Assembly: GCA_002104945.1 (NCBI GenBank)
Contig: MCFH01000036.1
Span: 186,001 to 250,000, forward strand
Reading direction: 5' to 3'
Source: Piromyces finnis finn
Lineage: Eukaryota; Fungi; Neocallimastigomycota
DNA: 64,000 nt
The notes below the pieces were generated by a model. It worked only from the letters and a program-made list of their open reading frames with translations, was not told the DNA's origin and did no database searches. How positions within the stretch are numbered: position 1 is the stretch's first letter; every line of letters begins with the position of its first letter. The position numbers and the translations under genes were made by a program. Below, piece by piece: positions 35,401 to 50,646 of the stretch.

Positions 35401-37429
35401 ATTTATATATATTGATAAATTTATTAATATATAATTTAATAATTTGTTAATTTACCTTTTTTTTTTTCTTTATCTTTCTTGGTGGTGGTGCAAGTAAAGG
35501 AAAAGTAAAGGGAAAAAAAGTTAAAAGAAAGTAAGACTCCTTCATAAATAAAAATAATTAAATGAATCATTAATTTTTTGCTATTTATTTATTTTCTATC
35601 GATGTTTGTAAAATCCCAAGTAAGCCTGTTGTTTATATATATTTTTTTAATGATGATGATACATTTGAGAAGTATATACAATAATTAAATGAATGTATCA
35701 ATAGTTCATTAAACGTTAGCTTTTGATACATTTAAAAATACTAAAGATTTCAATAAGCCGTAAAAAATGGATACATTATTGGTTGGATAGTCATGAACTA
35801 AAGCTTATCTAATAGAGAAATATTTGTTGTAGGAGGATGGTATCAATTTTCTCGTTAAAGGAACACAAAGACAAATTAAAAGATAACATCTCTAAAAAAA
35901 AACGTGTTTATTTCTATTTTTAATATTGGAAAAAAAACTATTTTTTTTATATTTATCATCAAAACTAAATGCTAATGCTTGACGACTATTTTCTAATTGT
36001 ATATGAAAAGTAAATAGTATATTATTTCTTTTTTGTTACTTTTTGATAATCATCCTTACATTCATGGCCTAAGCATGGTTTCATTTTCTTATTAAGAATT
36101 AAAAATTTATTGTAAAAATGATTCAAATGTGATCCAATAAGAATTCAGTATTCCAGATGAATAAGGAATAAGGTTACACAAATGATGATTTCTTTTCTTT
36201 CCGATGATAATATTAAATAATTATATAATGAACCAATGCTCACAATGAATAAAATGATAATAAAAAAAAAAAAGATTAAAAATTCATACTTTTTTTGGGA
36301 TAGGTGTAAGTTCATCTATGCTAATTTTTTATGGTATAGACATCCCTAGGCAACATGAGTTAATGAAAAATTAAAAAAGTATTCAAAAGCACATAGCATA
36401 GATATTCATTGAATTTTTAGTTTTTCATTTTTCTTTTATCTTTTATTTTCTATCCTTTTTTTTTTTTAATATAAATAATGGAAAAATTAAAAGTTTCGTT
36501 TAGAATCTTTTTACCATGAACCATTTTTTGCAAAATATGCACGTGTATATATTTCATGGCATGTGTGATCATAGGATCATCACTGGATAAAGAAAAGAAT
36601 TACTTTTCGCAATTTAAAATTCTTAAAATATGCAATATGAAAGCCAATACACTCAATAATATATTACCATATATATTAATATCATTTATAATAAATGATA
36701 TATATTAAATTTATATTAGTTTTTCAAAAAAAAAAATTCAAAAATGTAGAAATTTGTAAAAAAAAATGTACATTAAATAATTTATATTTATCTAACCCTT
36801 TCTGTTTTATTTTTTATTAATAAAATTTTTAGGTAAGGGTTTGTGATATGTACACTTTTTTTTAAAACTGATGAAACTGTTTTTTTTTTTCTTTCATTCC
36901 TAATCATTTTGCTCTTTTAATTATTATTATTTATCAATTTGATAGCAATAAAAAAGTGATAATTAAGAAAAAAACGAATCTTATTCATTTTAGTGATTAC
37001 TTATTGCTAGCTAATTATTAACTAACTAATTTTTTTTGAAAAAAAAAAGTGTCAACTTTTTTTAATTAATAATCATATTGCCGTTTTTTTAAAAAAAAAA
37101 AAGTTAAAAACTTATTTTATAATAAGAATTAAAAAGAGTACAACAAAAAGTTTATTCTTTTTAAAAATAATTGCTTTTTTTTTTATTATTATTAAATAAA
37201 AAGTTTTAAAGTTGTTATTAGCCGTTAAACTTTTTTTTTTTTTTTTTACTATATGATAAGGATATGCCATAAGATGATAACCTTTTTTTTTTATAAAAAG
37301 TATCATAATAATTGTATTATAATAGATTTTTTTTTTTAAAAAAAAGAAATCCAAAAGGTAAAATTTTAAAAACTTTTATTATCAAATTGTTAGGCCATCA
37401 TTTCTTTTTTTTTTTTTTTTCATTCCTTC

Positions 37430-37570
37430 ATCTTCATTTATTCATTGATATAGATATCCTCTTTATTTCATTCATTCCTTCATTCCTTCATTTATTCATT
37501 CATTTATTTATTTCATTTATTTATTTCATTCATTCATTCATTTATTTCTTTTATTTATTTATTTCTTCCC
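37430..37570. repeat. Degenerate (ATTC/ATTT)n microsatellite
   Basis: Repeated ttcattcattt units; these explain ORF 37312-37707. Confidence 0.75.
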
Positions 37571-40500
37571 TTTCCTTTACTCTTTTATTCATTCATACCT
37601 TTCTGCTTTTACTCCTTCTTTTCTTTATTCTACCCTTTTTACTTTTTTTTAGCACAAGCTATAAGCATCAATTTTATTTTTATCAGGTAATGTATCAAAG
37701 TAATTAAAAAAATTTATAAAACTTTATTAAATAATAAAAAAAATAAATTTTAATATAGAAATTCATTTTTCTTTCCATAAATAGAAAATTTAAGGATGAT
37801 CCATTTTTTTACTGAATATAAAAATTTGTAAATAAATTTATCATTTATTGAAATTAAATGAATAAATACTAAATAAATAGATAAATTAATAGATAAATAA
37901 ATTAGTGTATAATATATATTAAATTAAATAAATTCTTTTATCAAAAAAAAAAAAGGATGTAAAACTTTGATGACTTTTTATAGATATCTTTAGTGAATTG
38001 ACCATTTATATATTTAATTACTTCTTATTATTTTCAATACTAAAGAAAAAAGAGTAATGGTAATGAAATTATTTTTCTTTTTTTTTAAGATTATTATTAA
38101 AAAGAACTTTATTTTTTTTTTGATGTAGTGGAACTAGAGTACATTTCTATTAAAATTAAACCTTTTTTTTTTTATTTGTTACTTTATCAATTCAATGACC
38201 TCTAATGCATTCAAATTTAAATGAATTAAACACAATTAAAATAGAAAAAAGTATAGCGTAAGATTATTCTAATTTAAAATTAGAATAATTAAATGTTACA
38301 TTTTAATAATTTTTTTTTCTTTTTTGGGTGCCTGTCTATCTGCCTACCTACCAGCCTGTTTTGCTAATTGTTTGCTTATTTCTTTTTTATAGATAAAGCA
38401 TTCTTATTGGATTTGGTGGTTTACTATTGTTTTTTTCTTAACATTGATAAATATGGAAATATTAATTTATTTTGTTTTTATTTTTTGTTTTTTAATTAAT
38501 CAATATAATAACCAAATATTTTAATACACTGTAATATATAATATAATATATGCAAAAATAAATCATTAAAATATTTAAATAGTAAGATACCAAAATTATA
38601 TTAAATAAGGTTTTTAATTATGGATTACTTTTTCGTTAATATGTTTTAGAATATATTATTATATATTATAATATTAATTTTTTGTTTTTTATCTATCAAG
38701 TAAACAATTTATTAGAATTAAAAACTATATATAATTAATATATGAGTGTAGTATATTATCAATCAAAAGAATTTAATAAAAAGACTAATTTTATTATATA
38801 TAGGTATCATAAAATAAATGAAATTACTTATTGCTGTATATATTATGAGTATAATGGCTTCATATATTAATATACATCATTGACAGCTTAATTAAATCAA
38901 AACAAACAAAAAAAAAAGAAACGTTTTTAAAAGCACAAGAAAAAATTTTTATAAAGTAAATTACATTTACATTTACATTATGTATTATTAGATTGTATTT
39001 GTATTTGTGAAATGGGATTAAAAAAAAAAGGGAGGAGGATGAACCATCAAAGGATTTATATTTTAAATATTGAATTATAAATTAGTGTTATTAATATAAT
39101 ATAGTCATAATAAGGAAAAAGGATATTGATCCTATCATTATTTACATCTAAGATAAAGTTTTTATTTTATTTTAAAAAAAAAAATATTCCTAAAGTTACT
39201 ATCATCAAAGTAAAAAAAAAAAAATTTTTTTTTTTGTGTAAAGGTATCGTATACAACAACCAATGACTTTGATAGAAAAAGTGATTTTAAAACTGGCATT
39301 GATTCAAGGTTTTATAGTAACGAAAGTCGGGTAAAAAAAAAAAAATAATGATAAGAAGTATTTTTTATTTTGCTATAAATCCTTTATTATTGTTGATAAT
39401 AAAGGAATCTATACAGAAATTAAATTGTGTATTGTACATTTTTTTCTATGAAAATGATAAAGATTCCTTTTGATAAATTAAAAATTTAATGCTTTATTAC
39501 ATAATACATTAATATGGTTTAATGTATGATGTATCATTAACAACATTAGCATTAACAATAATAGAAACATTAACAAAAGTAGTAGTAGTAGTAGTAGTAG
39601 TAAGATATTAATAATTATAATAATATTAAGCATCATCATTATTATTAAATGTATCTCTATGATAATTATTATTGTATTAAATTACATAACATAAAAGTTT
39701 ATTTTTTTTAATGATCAATTAGGTAGTTTTTTTTTTTTTAGGAAAACAATCCTAATTTTAAGTTTCATATATAAATAAATGTATCAATATTATTATTAAA
39801 ATAAATATACTAAAAAGGAAATATTATAATAATAAGAATTAAATAATATTCATGAATTAACTTTTTTTTTTTTATTTTATATTAGATGATGGTGTTAATG
39901 TAAACTTTTTTTACAACAATACTAAATATTAATATAATAATATGATTTAATTATATTGTTGAAACAGAAACTTTTACTTTTTATTAATTTATTAAATGAG
40001 AATCTAAAGGAATATTAATCAAAGTTAAATAATAATAATTAGAATAATAATAAAGACAATAATGAATAATGAGGATAGTGCAAGAGCTTGTTAAATTCAT
40101 GATATGATCTAAAAAGATTGTATAATACATTTTATTAAAATAAAACTTTAAAATGAAAATTCTAAAAATTATATTATATCAAAGCTCTTTTTATTGTTAT
40201 TGTATTACAAAAAAAAAAGTTTATATATTATTGTTATATCAAAAAACATTCCGTTTTTTTTTTTTTTGGTTATGCCTCATATTTAGGTTTAAGTTTAGAA
40301 AAATTTAAGAGATATGTCAAATGACACTTTTCATTCCTCTGATAAATTTGATAGAAATTAAAAATAAAAAGGAAGTAATAAAAGTATATATATTAATTTT
40401 TTTTTAAAAAAAATCAACAATTTTTATTGATAGCATACAGACAAATTATTTATTTTAAAATGATAAAATAAACAAATACAATAATAACAACAAAAAGATG

Positions 40501-40600
40501 CATGCATGCATTTATTGTTAGTGTCATCAATATTTTTAATGATGATTATTGATCATTAATGTATCTACATTATTAATAAAGATGTAATTAAAAAATATTA

Positions 40601-40896
<296 letters not shown>

Positions 40897-42899
40897 TTTA
40901 CTATTTTTAATTATAATTATAAATATTAAACTTTTTCAACTTTAATTTTTAAAAAAAAAGAGTCAATTCTACATATTAAAAACTGATCACTTTTTCTATT
41001 ATAAATCAACATCAAGTCTATATATAACTTTTTTAAATATTATATTTTTTAAATTTAAATGCAAAACTTTAAGAATTTTAAGCTATTCATGCTTTGTTAT
41101 AATTAACATGTATTTAGATAGTATTAAAGTGTTATTAATATCATTTATTTATTAATTCTCAATAAAGATAAATAAAAAAAAAAAAAAGGAATTTAAAATG
41201 TTTTTTTTTTTTTTTTTGTAATGATTTTTTAACTATAATCTTTATATCTTTATGGTGATAAAGATTATAGTTAAAAATGACAAAATTATAAATAATAGAT
41301 CATTATTTATAATTTTACTTTTAATAAAGTTGAAAAGTGAATTTAAAATAAGTATTAATTCTATTTTTTTTTTTAAAAATAAACAGATAATTATAGTATT
41401 AATTTATACTTTTTTTTATAGAAAAATAAACTTATTAACAAAAAATAATTGTCTAAACGGCATAAACTCTAAATCATTCTTTTTTTTTTTTTTTAAAAAT
41501 AATACTATTGTAATAATTAATTAAATTATAGAAATAAATATTTAACCCTTTAAAAAACCTATTCATAGATGATATAGTAATAATTCATTTATTATTATTC
41601 TTGAGAAACTATTAAATATTTATCTAAAATATTATCATTACTATTATTATTATCATCATACAATAATAATACTAATAATATTGACCTTTTTCAAAAGGTT
41701 TTTTTTTTATTAAAAAAATATATAAAAAAATAATTTTTAATTTAACCTAGGCAGTTAATTTCTTTTTTTTTTTTTTCTTCTTCCTATTAATTAAACTTAT
41801 AATAATAAAAAGAGTTTTTAATTTAACGGTTATTATTATTATTTTTTTTAAAAAAAGGATTATTTATTTTGTAAGAAAAAAAAAGTTTATTTAATAAAAT
41901 AGATGTATTTCTAAAAGTAAATGATTTATAGATTTCTTTTATTTAAAGATCATTTTTTCTTTTTATTATAAAATAAAAAAAAGGAAATCATAAATTATTT
42001 TTCTTTTTCATTTTATTAATTAAACTCTCCAACATATTAACTTGTTAAATATTAATATTAATATAGAATATAAATCCTTTTATTGTTATTATAATAATGT
42101 AAAAAAAAAGTTAATATATATTAGTAAAGGATAATATTTTAAAATAACTTTTTATAATAGTAATTATATTTCATTTCTATCGAAATATCAATTTTATAAA
42201 TGTTTGATTTATCTTTAAAAACCTTTTTTTTTATTCTTTAATTAAAATATTAAATTAATTGATATTAAATTAATTTTTTTTTAAAGTTTTTTATGATGAT
42301 AAAACTGCCTTTCTGTATTTAATGATGATAGCCAATCCTTTTATTAATTAATTATAAAATAATAGTTCATTTATTCATCTTTAGACACAAAATTTAAATT
42401 AAATCCATTTTCATTAGTTATTTTAAAAATAATAAAAGTATATTTTTAACTCTACTATATATATATCATTGTTACTTGTATTGTCTTTGTAAAAAAAAAA
42501 AAAATGGATAGTCCATGATTAAAAAGCTTGAAATAATTAATTGGATTATATTATATATTATATATATAATTTTTTATTCTTGAAATTTATTTTAAAGAGA
42601 CTTTTTTTTTTTTACTTATTTAACTTTCTAGGAAGGAATGGTACTTCATTTTTTATTATTTTAAAAACTTTATAAAGTGTACTTGTTGTTGATTAAAAAA
42701 AATTAATTTAGTAAATTACTATAAAAGGATATAAAAAACAGAAAGTTTTTTTAATTTAATTTAGGGTAAAGATTAACTTTTTAAACTTTTTGATAATTAC
42801 ATATATTATCAAGTGTAATGGCTTCATATATTATTTAATAGTATTAAATAGTTTTTAATAATCCATAAAACTTTAAAAGAATTTTACCATATGATAATG

Positions 42900-43168
42900 C
42901 TAATAGTTATAGTCATAGTCATAGTAATAGCCATAGTCATGGTAATAGTCAAAGTAATAGTAATAGTAATAGTAATAGTAATAGTAATAGTAATAGTAAT
43001 AGTAATAGTAATAGTAATAGTAATAGTAATAGTAATAGTAATAGCCATAGTCATGGTAATAGTCAAAGTAATAGTAATAGTAATAGTAATAGTAATAGTC
43101 AAAGTAATAGTAATAGTAATAGTAATAGTCAAAGTAATAGTCAAAGTAATAGCAATAGTAATAGTAAT
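42900..43168. repeat. (GTAATA)n hexamer array with a duplicated variant block
   Basis: Block gccatagtcatggtaatagtcaaagtaatag occurs twice (~42930 and ~43044). One plus frame is stop-free and reads as a Ser-Asn/His/Gln repeat. Confidence 0.9.
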
Positions 43169-43355
43169 GGCTATAAAAATAAGTAATACACACGTTAATA
43201 CTATTTTATAATAATAAATTAATGAAAAACAAATAAACAAACTAGATCATTATTAAATTTAGTTAAAGGAGTTTATTCAATAATACATTATACATTTGAA
43301 TCCCTTTTTTAATTTTTTTTCCACTTTATTCAAGATTACTATCATGATTATTATA

Positions 43356-43404
<49 letters not shown>

Positions 43405-46400
43405 GTAATAGTAGTAGTAGTAGTATTTTCTTTGGAAATTTACTTGATTCTATTCTTTTTTCCTTTTTTTTAATTTTCTTTTTTTATTTTATTTTTTATT
43501 ATTTTTTGATTTTTCATCTAAAGGGAAAAATTACTTTTTATTCCTTTAATTCTCTCACATGTGCCTATTAATCCATTATTTTTTCTTTTATTAATATTAT
43601 ATCCTTTTAAAGTCTTTTATTATTTTTTATATAATCAATTCATATTATTACTTTATCTTTTTTTTATATTATTATTTTAATTTTTGACAATATTCTAGTT
43701 CTTTGTGTTCTTAATAATTACTTTATGATTATTTTAATAACTTATTTTTTTTTTTATTTTTGTTATTTATTTCTTTTTTTGTTAAAATAATAATTAACTT
43801 TATTTATATATAATTATTTTTTTTTACTTGAAATTGAAAAATGAATTCTAAAAGTATATTCTTTATAACGATTTCAATAAAATATATTTTATAAACTATG
43901 TGAAAAGTTATATATACTATTCCTTTTTTTTTTTTTTTTTAAGATAAACGTATATGTCATGTATGACTATCTCTAAATGGTAGAATTTGATCCAAAGAGT
44001 ATAATAAAAATTTTTCTGGTGAAAATTGAATGGACCATTTATAAAATAAAACAGAAATACTTATTATTAATTATCTTAATCCATATGAATATAATAATAA
44101 TAACGACAAAAATTATAACAATAACAATAATAAAAGTTATATGTTAAAATTATTAGGATCTTTTTTTTTTTTTTTTTGTTTTATTGTTTTGGTTCTAGTT
44201 AACATAAATTCTTTAACTCCTTTATTAATAAAAATAATGAAATAGAATCTTATTACTCCTTATTATATGTTTTTTATAAATGAATGAAATTAATAATAAA
44301 TCATTTTTACATCCCACACAAATTAATGAATTATATATATTTTCATTTTCATCAGTTATAATACAACACACAATAACTATCCTATATTCCACTTTTTATA
44401 ATAAAAAAAAAAAAAAAACTGGAAAATATATAAATATATAATTTTAAATTTTATTTAATAATTAAAAGTTATATCTCAAAAGAAATAAAGGAAAGGAAAT
44501 ATATATTGTATAAATAAGTCAATCGCTCATAAGTATTAAATAAGTATTAAATATTTTCTATATCACTTTAAAATATTATTAATAGTAATTATAAAAATAT
44601 AAATATAATATATATATTAACATACTGTCATTATCGTAATACCATATACCTATATAATATTTTAAAAAATTTACTTAAATAAAAACTACTAACATTAATA
44701 TGACCAATGAAATAAATATATTTAATAGCAGTTTTTCTAAATGATATTAATTTTTTGTGTATACATTATGTGTGTTTTAACTTTATAAAATAATAATATA
44801 TATCATATTTCTTTCTTTTTTTTTTTTTTTTATTATAATATTAGAAACTATTGAAAAATTTCTCTTCAATTTTATAAATCCTATTCACTTCTAAAGATAA
44901 AGTAATATACCTTCTTTTTATAATTTATATATTCACTATAAGTTATTATAAATAATTATTACTATTAAGACATAATATTTTACTTTTTTCAACTTATCCT
45001 TTTTTTTCTCTCTGCATATTTTAAGTATGAAAACTATAATGAAAAACAATTTAAAAACTAAATTCAAAAGCTATTATAACAAGAATCTATAATTTATTAT
45101 CAGTTTTCAAATGCTTTAAATATCTCTTTATTCTATTTATATTAATATAAACATTGATAAAAGAATTAATTCAAATAATTTCCATTAAGTCATTATTAAA
45201 TAGTTGTACTATATATTTTCAGTCTTTGAAAATTTAAAGATAATTACTTTAAAAAAAAAAAAAAGAAATAAAATAAAATGAAAATGATTAAAGAATGAAT
45301 ATTTTTCAAAAATCTCTTTAATATATTCTTTTTTTCTTTCAATAAATATTTTAAGTTATTTAAAAAAAGTTTTATAATGTGATTGTTAAAGAGAAATTCA
45401 TATTTTTTTTTCTTTACATTATTTACTACTATTCTAGACCACCTAAATATTAGGTGGATACCTATCAATATTTATAATAACTTTTAAAAATTTTTCACAA
45501 TTTATTGGTATTTATAGTCTGCCTAATAAAACCATTTTATTGAAGGATATACTAATTAAAAGAAAATAAAAAAGTGATTTATAACATTTTCATGACGATA
45601 TATATGTTTTTTTTTGTTTTTTTTCTTTATCATTTTAAATGAAGATATTTAAATTATAAATTGAATAGTTTTTTAAGTAAAAAAATAATTGACTCTATTA
45701 ATTCAAACCTACTTTAAAAATTTTTAACATTGGATTGGGATTAAAAGAAAATAATTTGAATAGAGGATGATTTCTATTTAAAATATATTTATAAATATTA
45801 TTTCACTTTATTATAAAACAATAAAAACAAAATTATAATAGTATAATACTTTTTTTTCTTTTTATTTAAATATATTCTCTTTTTTCTTTTTCATATTTAA
45901 TTTCATAATCTTTCATCTTTCAATTCATCTTTAAAGTGGATATTTTAGAGATGTAAATTTTATCTATTCTTGTATAAAATATTCAATTATAATTAATGTT
46001 TAAAGTGATACAATATTGTACTACCCGTTTTTATATGTTAATAAATACATAATATTAAAAAGTTTATTTATTAATAAAATCAATTAAAAATCAAAATTTT
46101 TACTGATTTTCTTTATGAATAGCCAAACATTCTAAATTTATTAAAACTATAAATATTAATATTAATTATTTTTTAATTAAAGATTTTCATTTCAATACTA
46201 CCATATATAAACAATATATTATAATATATATTAGAAAAGATGAATTAATATATTTTAATGTTTTATTTTATATTAAATACAATATAAAAGATTACACTAA
46301 GTTTGTTTAAAAAAGCTTAATAAATATAATTTGTTTATTTTCAACTTACAAAAAAAATGATACACAAATGAAATAAATGAAAAAATTATAACTCATATAT

Positions 46401-47562
46401 TAATAAATGATGTGGAGTGTATTGTAATATATACTATATAAATTAAAAAAACATGTCAATTACAATCGTTTAAAACAAAACATCAATTTCAATAAATAAT
46501 AGTAAAAAAAAATTTTTTTTTTAATTTTAATAAGAATTAAAAAATATATTATCCTATATATATTTTCAATATAATGCATTATAATCTATTATATATAAAA
46601 TATATATTATAAATTAATCTTTATTATATAATGTTCTAAAGATTACATAACTATTTTAATAATAATAATAATATTAATAAATATTAATAAATAAAAAAAG
46701 TAATGATGAATGTCTCAAAACATCATTTTATATAATAAATAAAGTTTAATTACCATCTTTTATTAAATAAATAAATAATAAAAGAAAAAAAATTTAAAAC
46801 TTTTTTCTCCTCTAAATCAAAATTATTAATTGAACTTTTTACCATTTAATAAAAAGAGAACAAATCTAATAATAGTAATATTAGTTATTATAGTAACCAT
46901 TATTACTATTATTTTATTATTATTATTATTATTATAATAATAATAATTAAATGATAAAAAAAAAAAAGAATAAATATATATTTTAATAGTTATACATCCA
47001 TTTTCATTTGTATAAAAAGTGTTTTATTTTTAATTTTAAAATAAAGCAATTTCAGAGAGTTTACAATTTATTTATTTATTTTTTTTTATTTTATAATATT
47101 AATATAATTTATAAAGATTTCAATGAATTATTTAATAAAATATATATGACACATTGTACACTTTGGATAAAAGTTCGAAAATAAAGAATATCACCTTTTT
47201 TTTTTTTTTTTATATTAAATAAAAATATTCTATTATACCATTTTCATGAACGAACATTAGAAAATAAATAAAATAAAATATAAAATAGCCAAATTAAAAG
47301 TTATATTAAATAATAAACTCAAATCACACATATATATAACAGACAGAAAAAAAAAATAATAATTGAATTTGGAAGAAAAGAAAAAGAAAAAAATTAGGTC
47401 AACTATTATATATTTTAAAATTTCAATAGAAATTTATTTATTTATTTTTTAAGTAATCATTTTAAAGTCAATAATTAAGAGAAGTGAATATAATAAATAA
47501 TTAAACCAACCGACGACGGAAATATATATATATACATATATATATATAGATAAATCAACAAA

Positions 47563-49558
47563 ATGGTAATATATAAAACTGTTGTAAATACATTATCAGA
47601 AATAATAAACAAGTCAGAATATTTTAACCCCTTTTTCTCATGGATAATTGTTTCATTTGCCTATTTTTCAATAGGTATACATGGGGGACGGATATGGAAA
47701 CATTTATTTTATTGTGCACTGACAGGATTTATGGCCATATGTTGCGCTATAGTTTATAATTTATCAGAAAATTTAAATTATAAGTGTGACCTTTTTATCA
47801 AACTAATTTGGATAGAAGGTTATCTTTGGTCAATCAATGAATGGTTCTATGTTTATATTAATTATATAAAAATTCAAATGTACATCAAATCATTAAGAAA
47901 AAAATTTATAAGAATATTAGTATTTTTGATTTTGGTATATAGTTTTGCTGTACGAACTAAATTAAATAGTATTGAATATAATATGAAAAAAGAAAGGAAA
48001 GAGGATGAGAATATATATATAAAAAGTAAAAATAAACATATTGCTGTTTTATATTTTCCTCCTGGATTTGTTTGTGCCTTATTTATTTATTTCATTATAA
48101 AAGAATTTTTTCAAGAAAATAATTATGTTAAAGGTATCATTTCTTCACTTCTTCATAATACCTTGTCTAGAATGCTTCTAGGTAAATAATTAATCTAGAT
48201 ATATATATATATATATATTTTAAAAAAAATAAAGAATTAATTTATCAATTCTAATTTATAATTATAATTATTTTATATTATTCCGATATATGTTTTTATT
48301 TTATTATTACGAATTAAATTAACAAACTAATTTTTTTTTTTTTTTAAACATTATTATTATCATCTATACCCATAAATAATATGTAATATATATATATGTA
48401 AATACTTTATATCATTTATATATATATAAATACTCTATCTTTTTTTCTATCATTTATATATTTATATATATTTTCCAAAATAATACAATAGTATCATTAT
48501 TGTTTATTAATATTGCTGTCATTGGTATTCTACCCCAAGTAGGCGTTGTCAAATTTTTATATTATGTATTAATAAGGTTAAAAGGAAATATTAGTTTAAT
48601 ATTTTTAATTGATATTTTACTTTTACGTATTGATCTTGATCATAATAAAATTGCTATGCAAGATCAAGAAATTGAAAAAAAGAATGTGGGAAGAACTCTT
48701 CAAGAACAATTTAATAATAATAATAATAATATTAATTATAATTTTGAAGATCAAGTCAATATTGACAGAGTCAATAAATTATTGTCGGATATTGATAATC
48801 CTTTCCATGTAGCAAATTTTAATGCAGGAAATTACAATTCAGGGAAATACAATATTGGAATTAATAAAGCGGAAAATGATGCTATAGAAAGTCATTTTAT
48901 GAAGGATCCTGATGAATTTAGCGTACCTCCAGAAAATCTATTTTTCCCAGAATTTTCAAATAAAAAGAATAAATTAAAAAAGGGTGTTGTTCCCACTTCA
49001 ATCTATTTACAACAACATTTAAATCCAAAATATTATAAAATTAATGACCAAGAAAATATAAGTACGAATAGTCAAAAAACCATAAATACCTTACCTTTCC
49101 TAATACCGAAATCAATGGATATGGATGAAGATTTTGAAATATCTAATAATAGTAATGGTCATCGTAGATTGAAAGATAGTCAAAAGAACGGGAAATTACC
49201 ATCCAATTTACCTTATATGATTCCACAACCACTAACGGATGATAGTGATGATGATAATTATAATAACCCAACTTTTGAAAATTCAAGTATTTATAATTCT
49301 CACCACCTTTCCAGTGTAATATCAGCTTCCAATATTAATTTAAGAAATTCCATTAATAATGGTAATAAACCTTATAGTGTATCAAATATAAATACTAATC
49401 CTAAAACATCACCATCCTCTTTCAGTTATAATTTCATAAATTCTAATTCCAATAAACCTTACATCACGACCATGCCTAAGAAAACTAGTCAAACCTTTAG
49501 TACAAAAGGAAATGCCTCAAAACATCCAGGAAATATTGCCATGGATTTTGAAGAATAA
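47563..49558 (+). CDS. Seven-transmembrane GPCR-like protein with long Asn/Ser-rich cytoplasmic tail, 2 exons, ~561 aa
   Basis: Exon 47563-48181 (G|gtaaat) joins exon 48492-49558 (aatag|TA) in frame. Seven hydrophobic segments lie in the first ~250 aa, followed by a ~300-aa low-complexity tail. Confidence 0.75.
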
Positions 49559-50646
49559 AAAAAAAAAATAATTTTTTTTAAACAAATTTATAGATATTGT
49601 AATATAAATAAAAACATAGATACTTTCCTCCTTTACCCCTTTTTTTTCCTTATTAAAATATAAATGTATTTCACAATAGAAAAAAAATAATTAAAGAATT
49701 TATAGATTATATTTATCTATCTCTATCTTATAGAATTTTCATTTTAAATAGATAGTAGTTTAAAAAATAAATAAATAGAAATATATATATATATAAAATA
49801 TATATATTAATAATCATACATTAGGCAAATAAAATAAAAAAAAAATAAACAACCTTTCCCTATTTTAAATATATATATATATATATATATACAAGATAAT
49901 ACCAAAGAATATTAAAAAAAAAAAAATAAAAAATAAAAATTAAAATGAAATTTATACTATAACATCTATATTTACTTTTAAATTAAAGGTAATGAAATAG
50001 GTCATAATACTTTATAAAAAAATTATTTTTTCAATACTTTATTACAAATATACTTTGAAGAAAATAGAAATTATTATTTATTTTTTTTTTTTTGTACAAT
50101 AAATATATATTACATTAAAAAAAAAAAAAGATAAAAATTATTTTGTTAATTTTTTAAACATTGATTATATACTAGTTTTTTTTTTTTTTTTTTACTATAA
50201 TGACGGACTATTCTAAAAATTCTATTATATCTATTCATTATATTATATTATATATATATTGCTTATATATAATGAAGAAGAAGAGAAATAAATAAAGAGG
50301 AAGGAAGAAAGAAAAAAATATACTACATAAAAAAAAAAAGTAAAAAAAAAAATAATAATTAATAAATTAATAATAAATTGTAAATTATTTATTTCTATAT
50401 TTCTATTCTTTTTCTACTAAAATTATTACTAAAATTATTATTATTATTTTTCAATAGTCATTTTTACCATTGTGCTATTGATGATGATAACTATTTCTAG
50501 GAAGAGAAGAGAAAAAAAAAAAAAAAAAAAAAAAAAACTTTAAAAATTTATCTATTCATTAAATCTATATTCAGAAAATTATTCTTTTTTTCTCTTTTTT
50601 TCTTTTTCCCTTCCTTCCTTTCCTTCTCCTCCCTCATTTTTTTTTT

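Noticed and set aside
35650-36400. Weak LRR-like or kelch-like peptide scraps (GLLKSLVFLNVS on minus; IFVVGGW and SIPDE on plus)
   Set aside because: Conflicting strands and many stops; no assignment can be supported.
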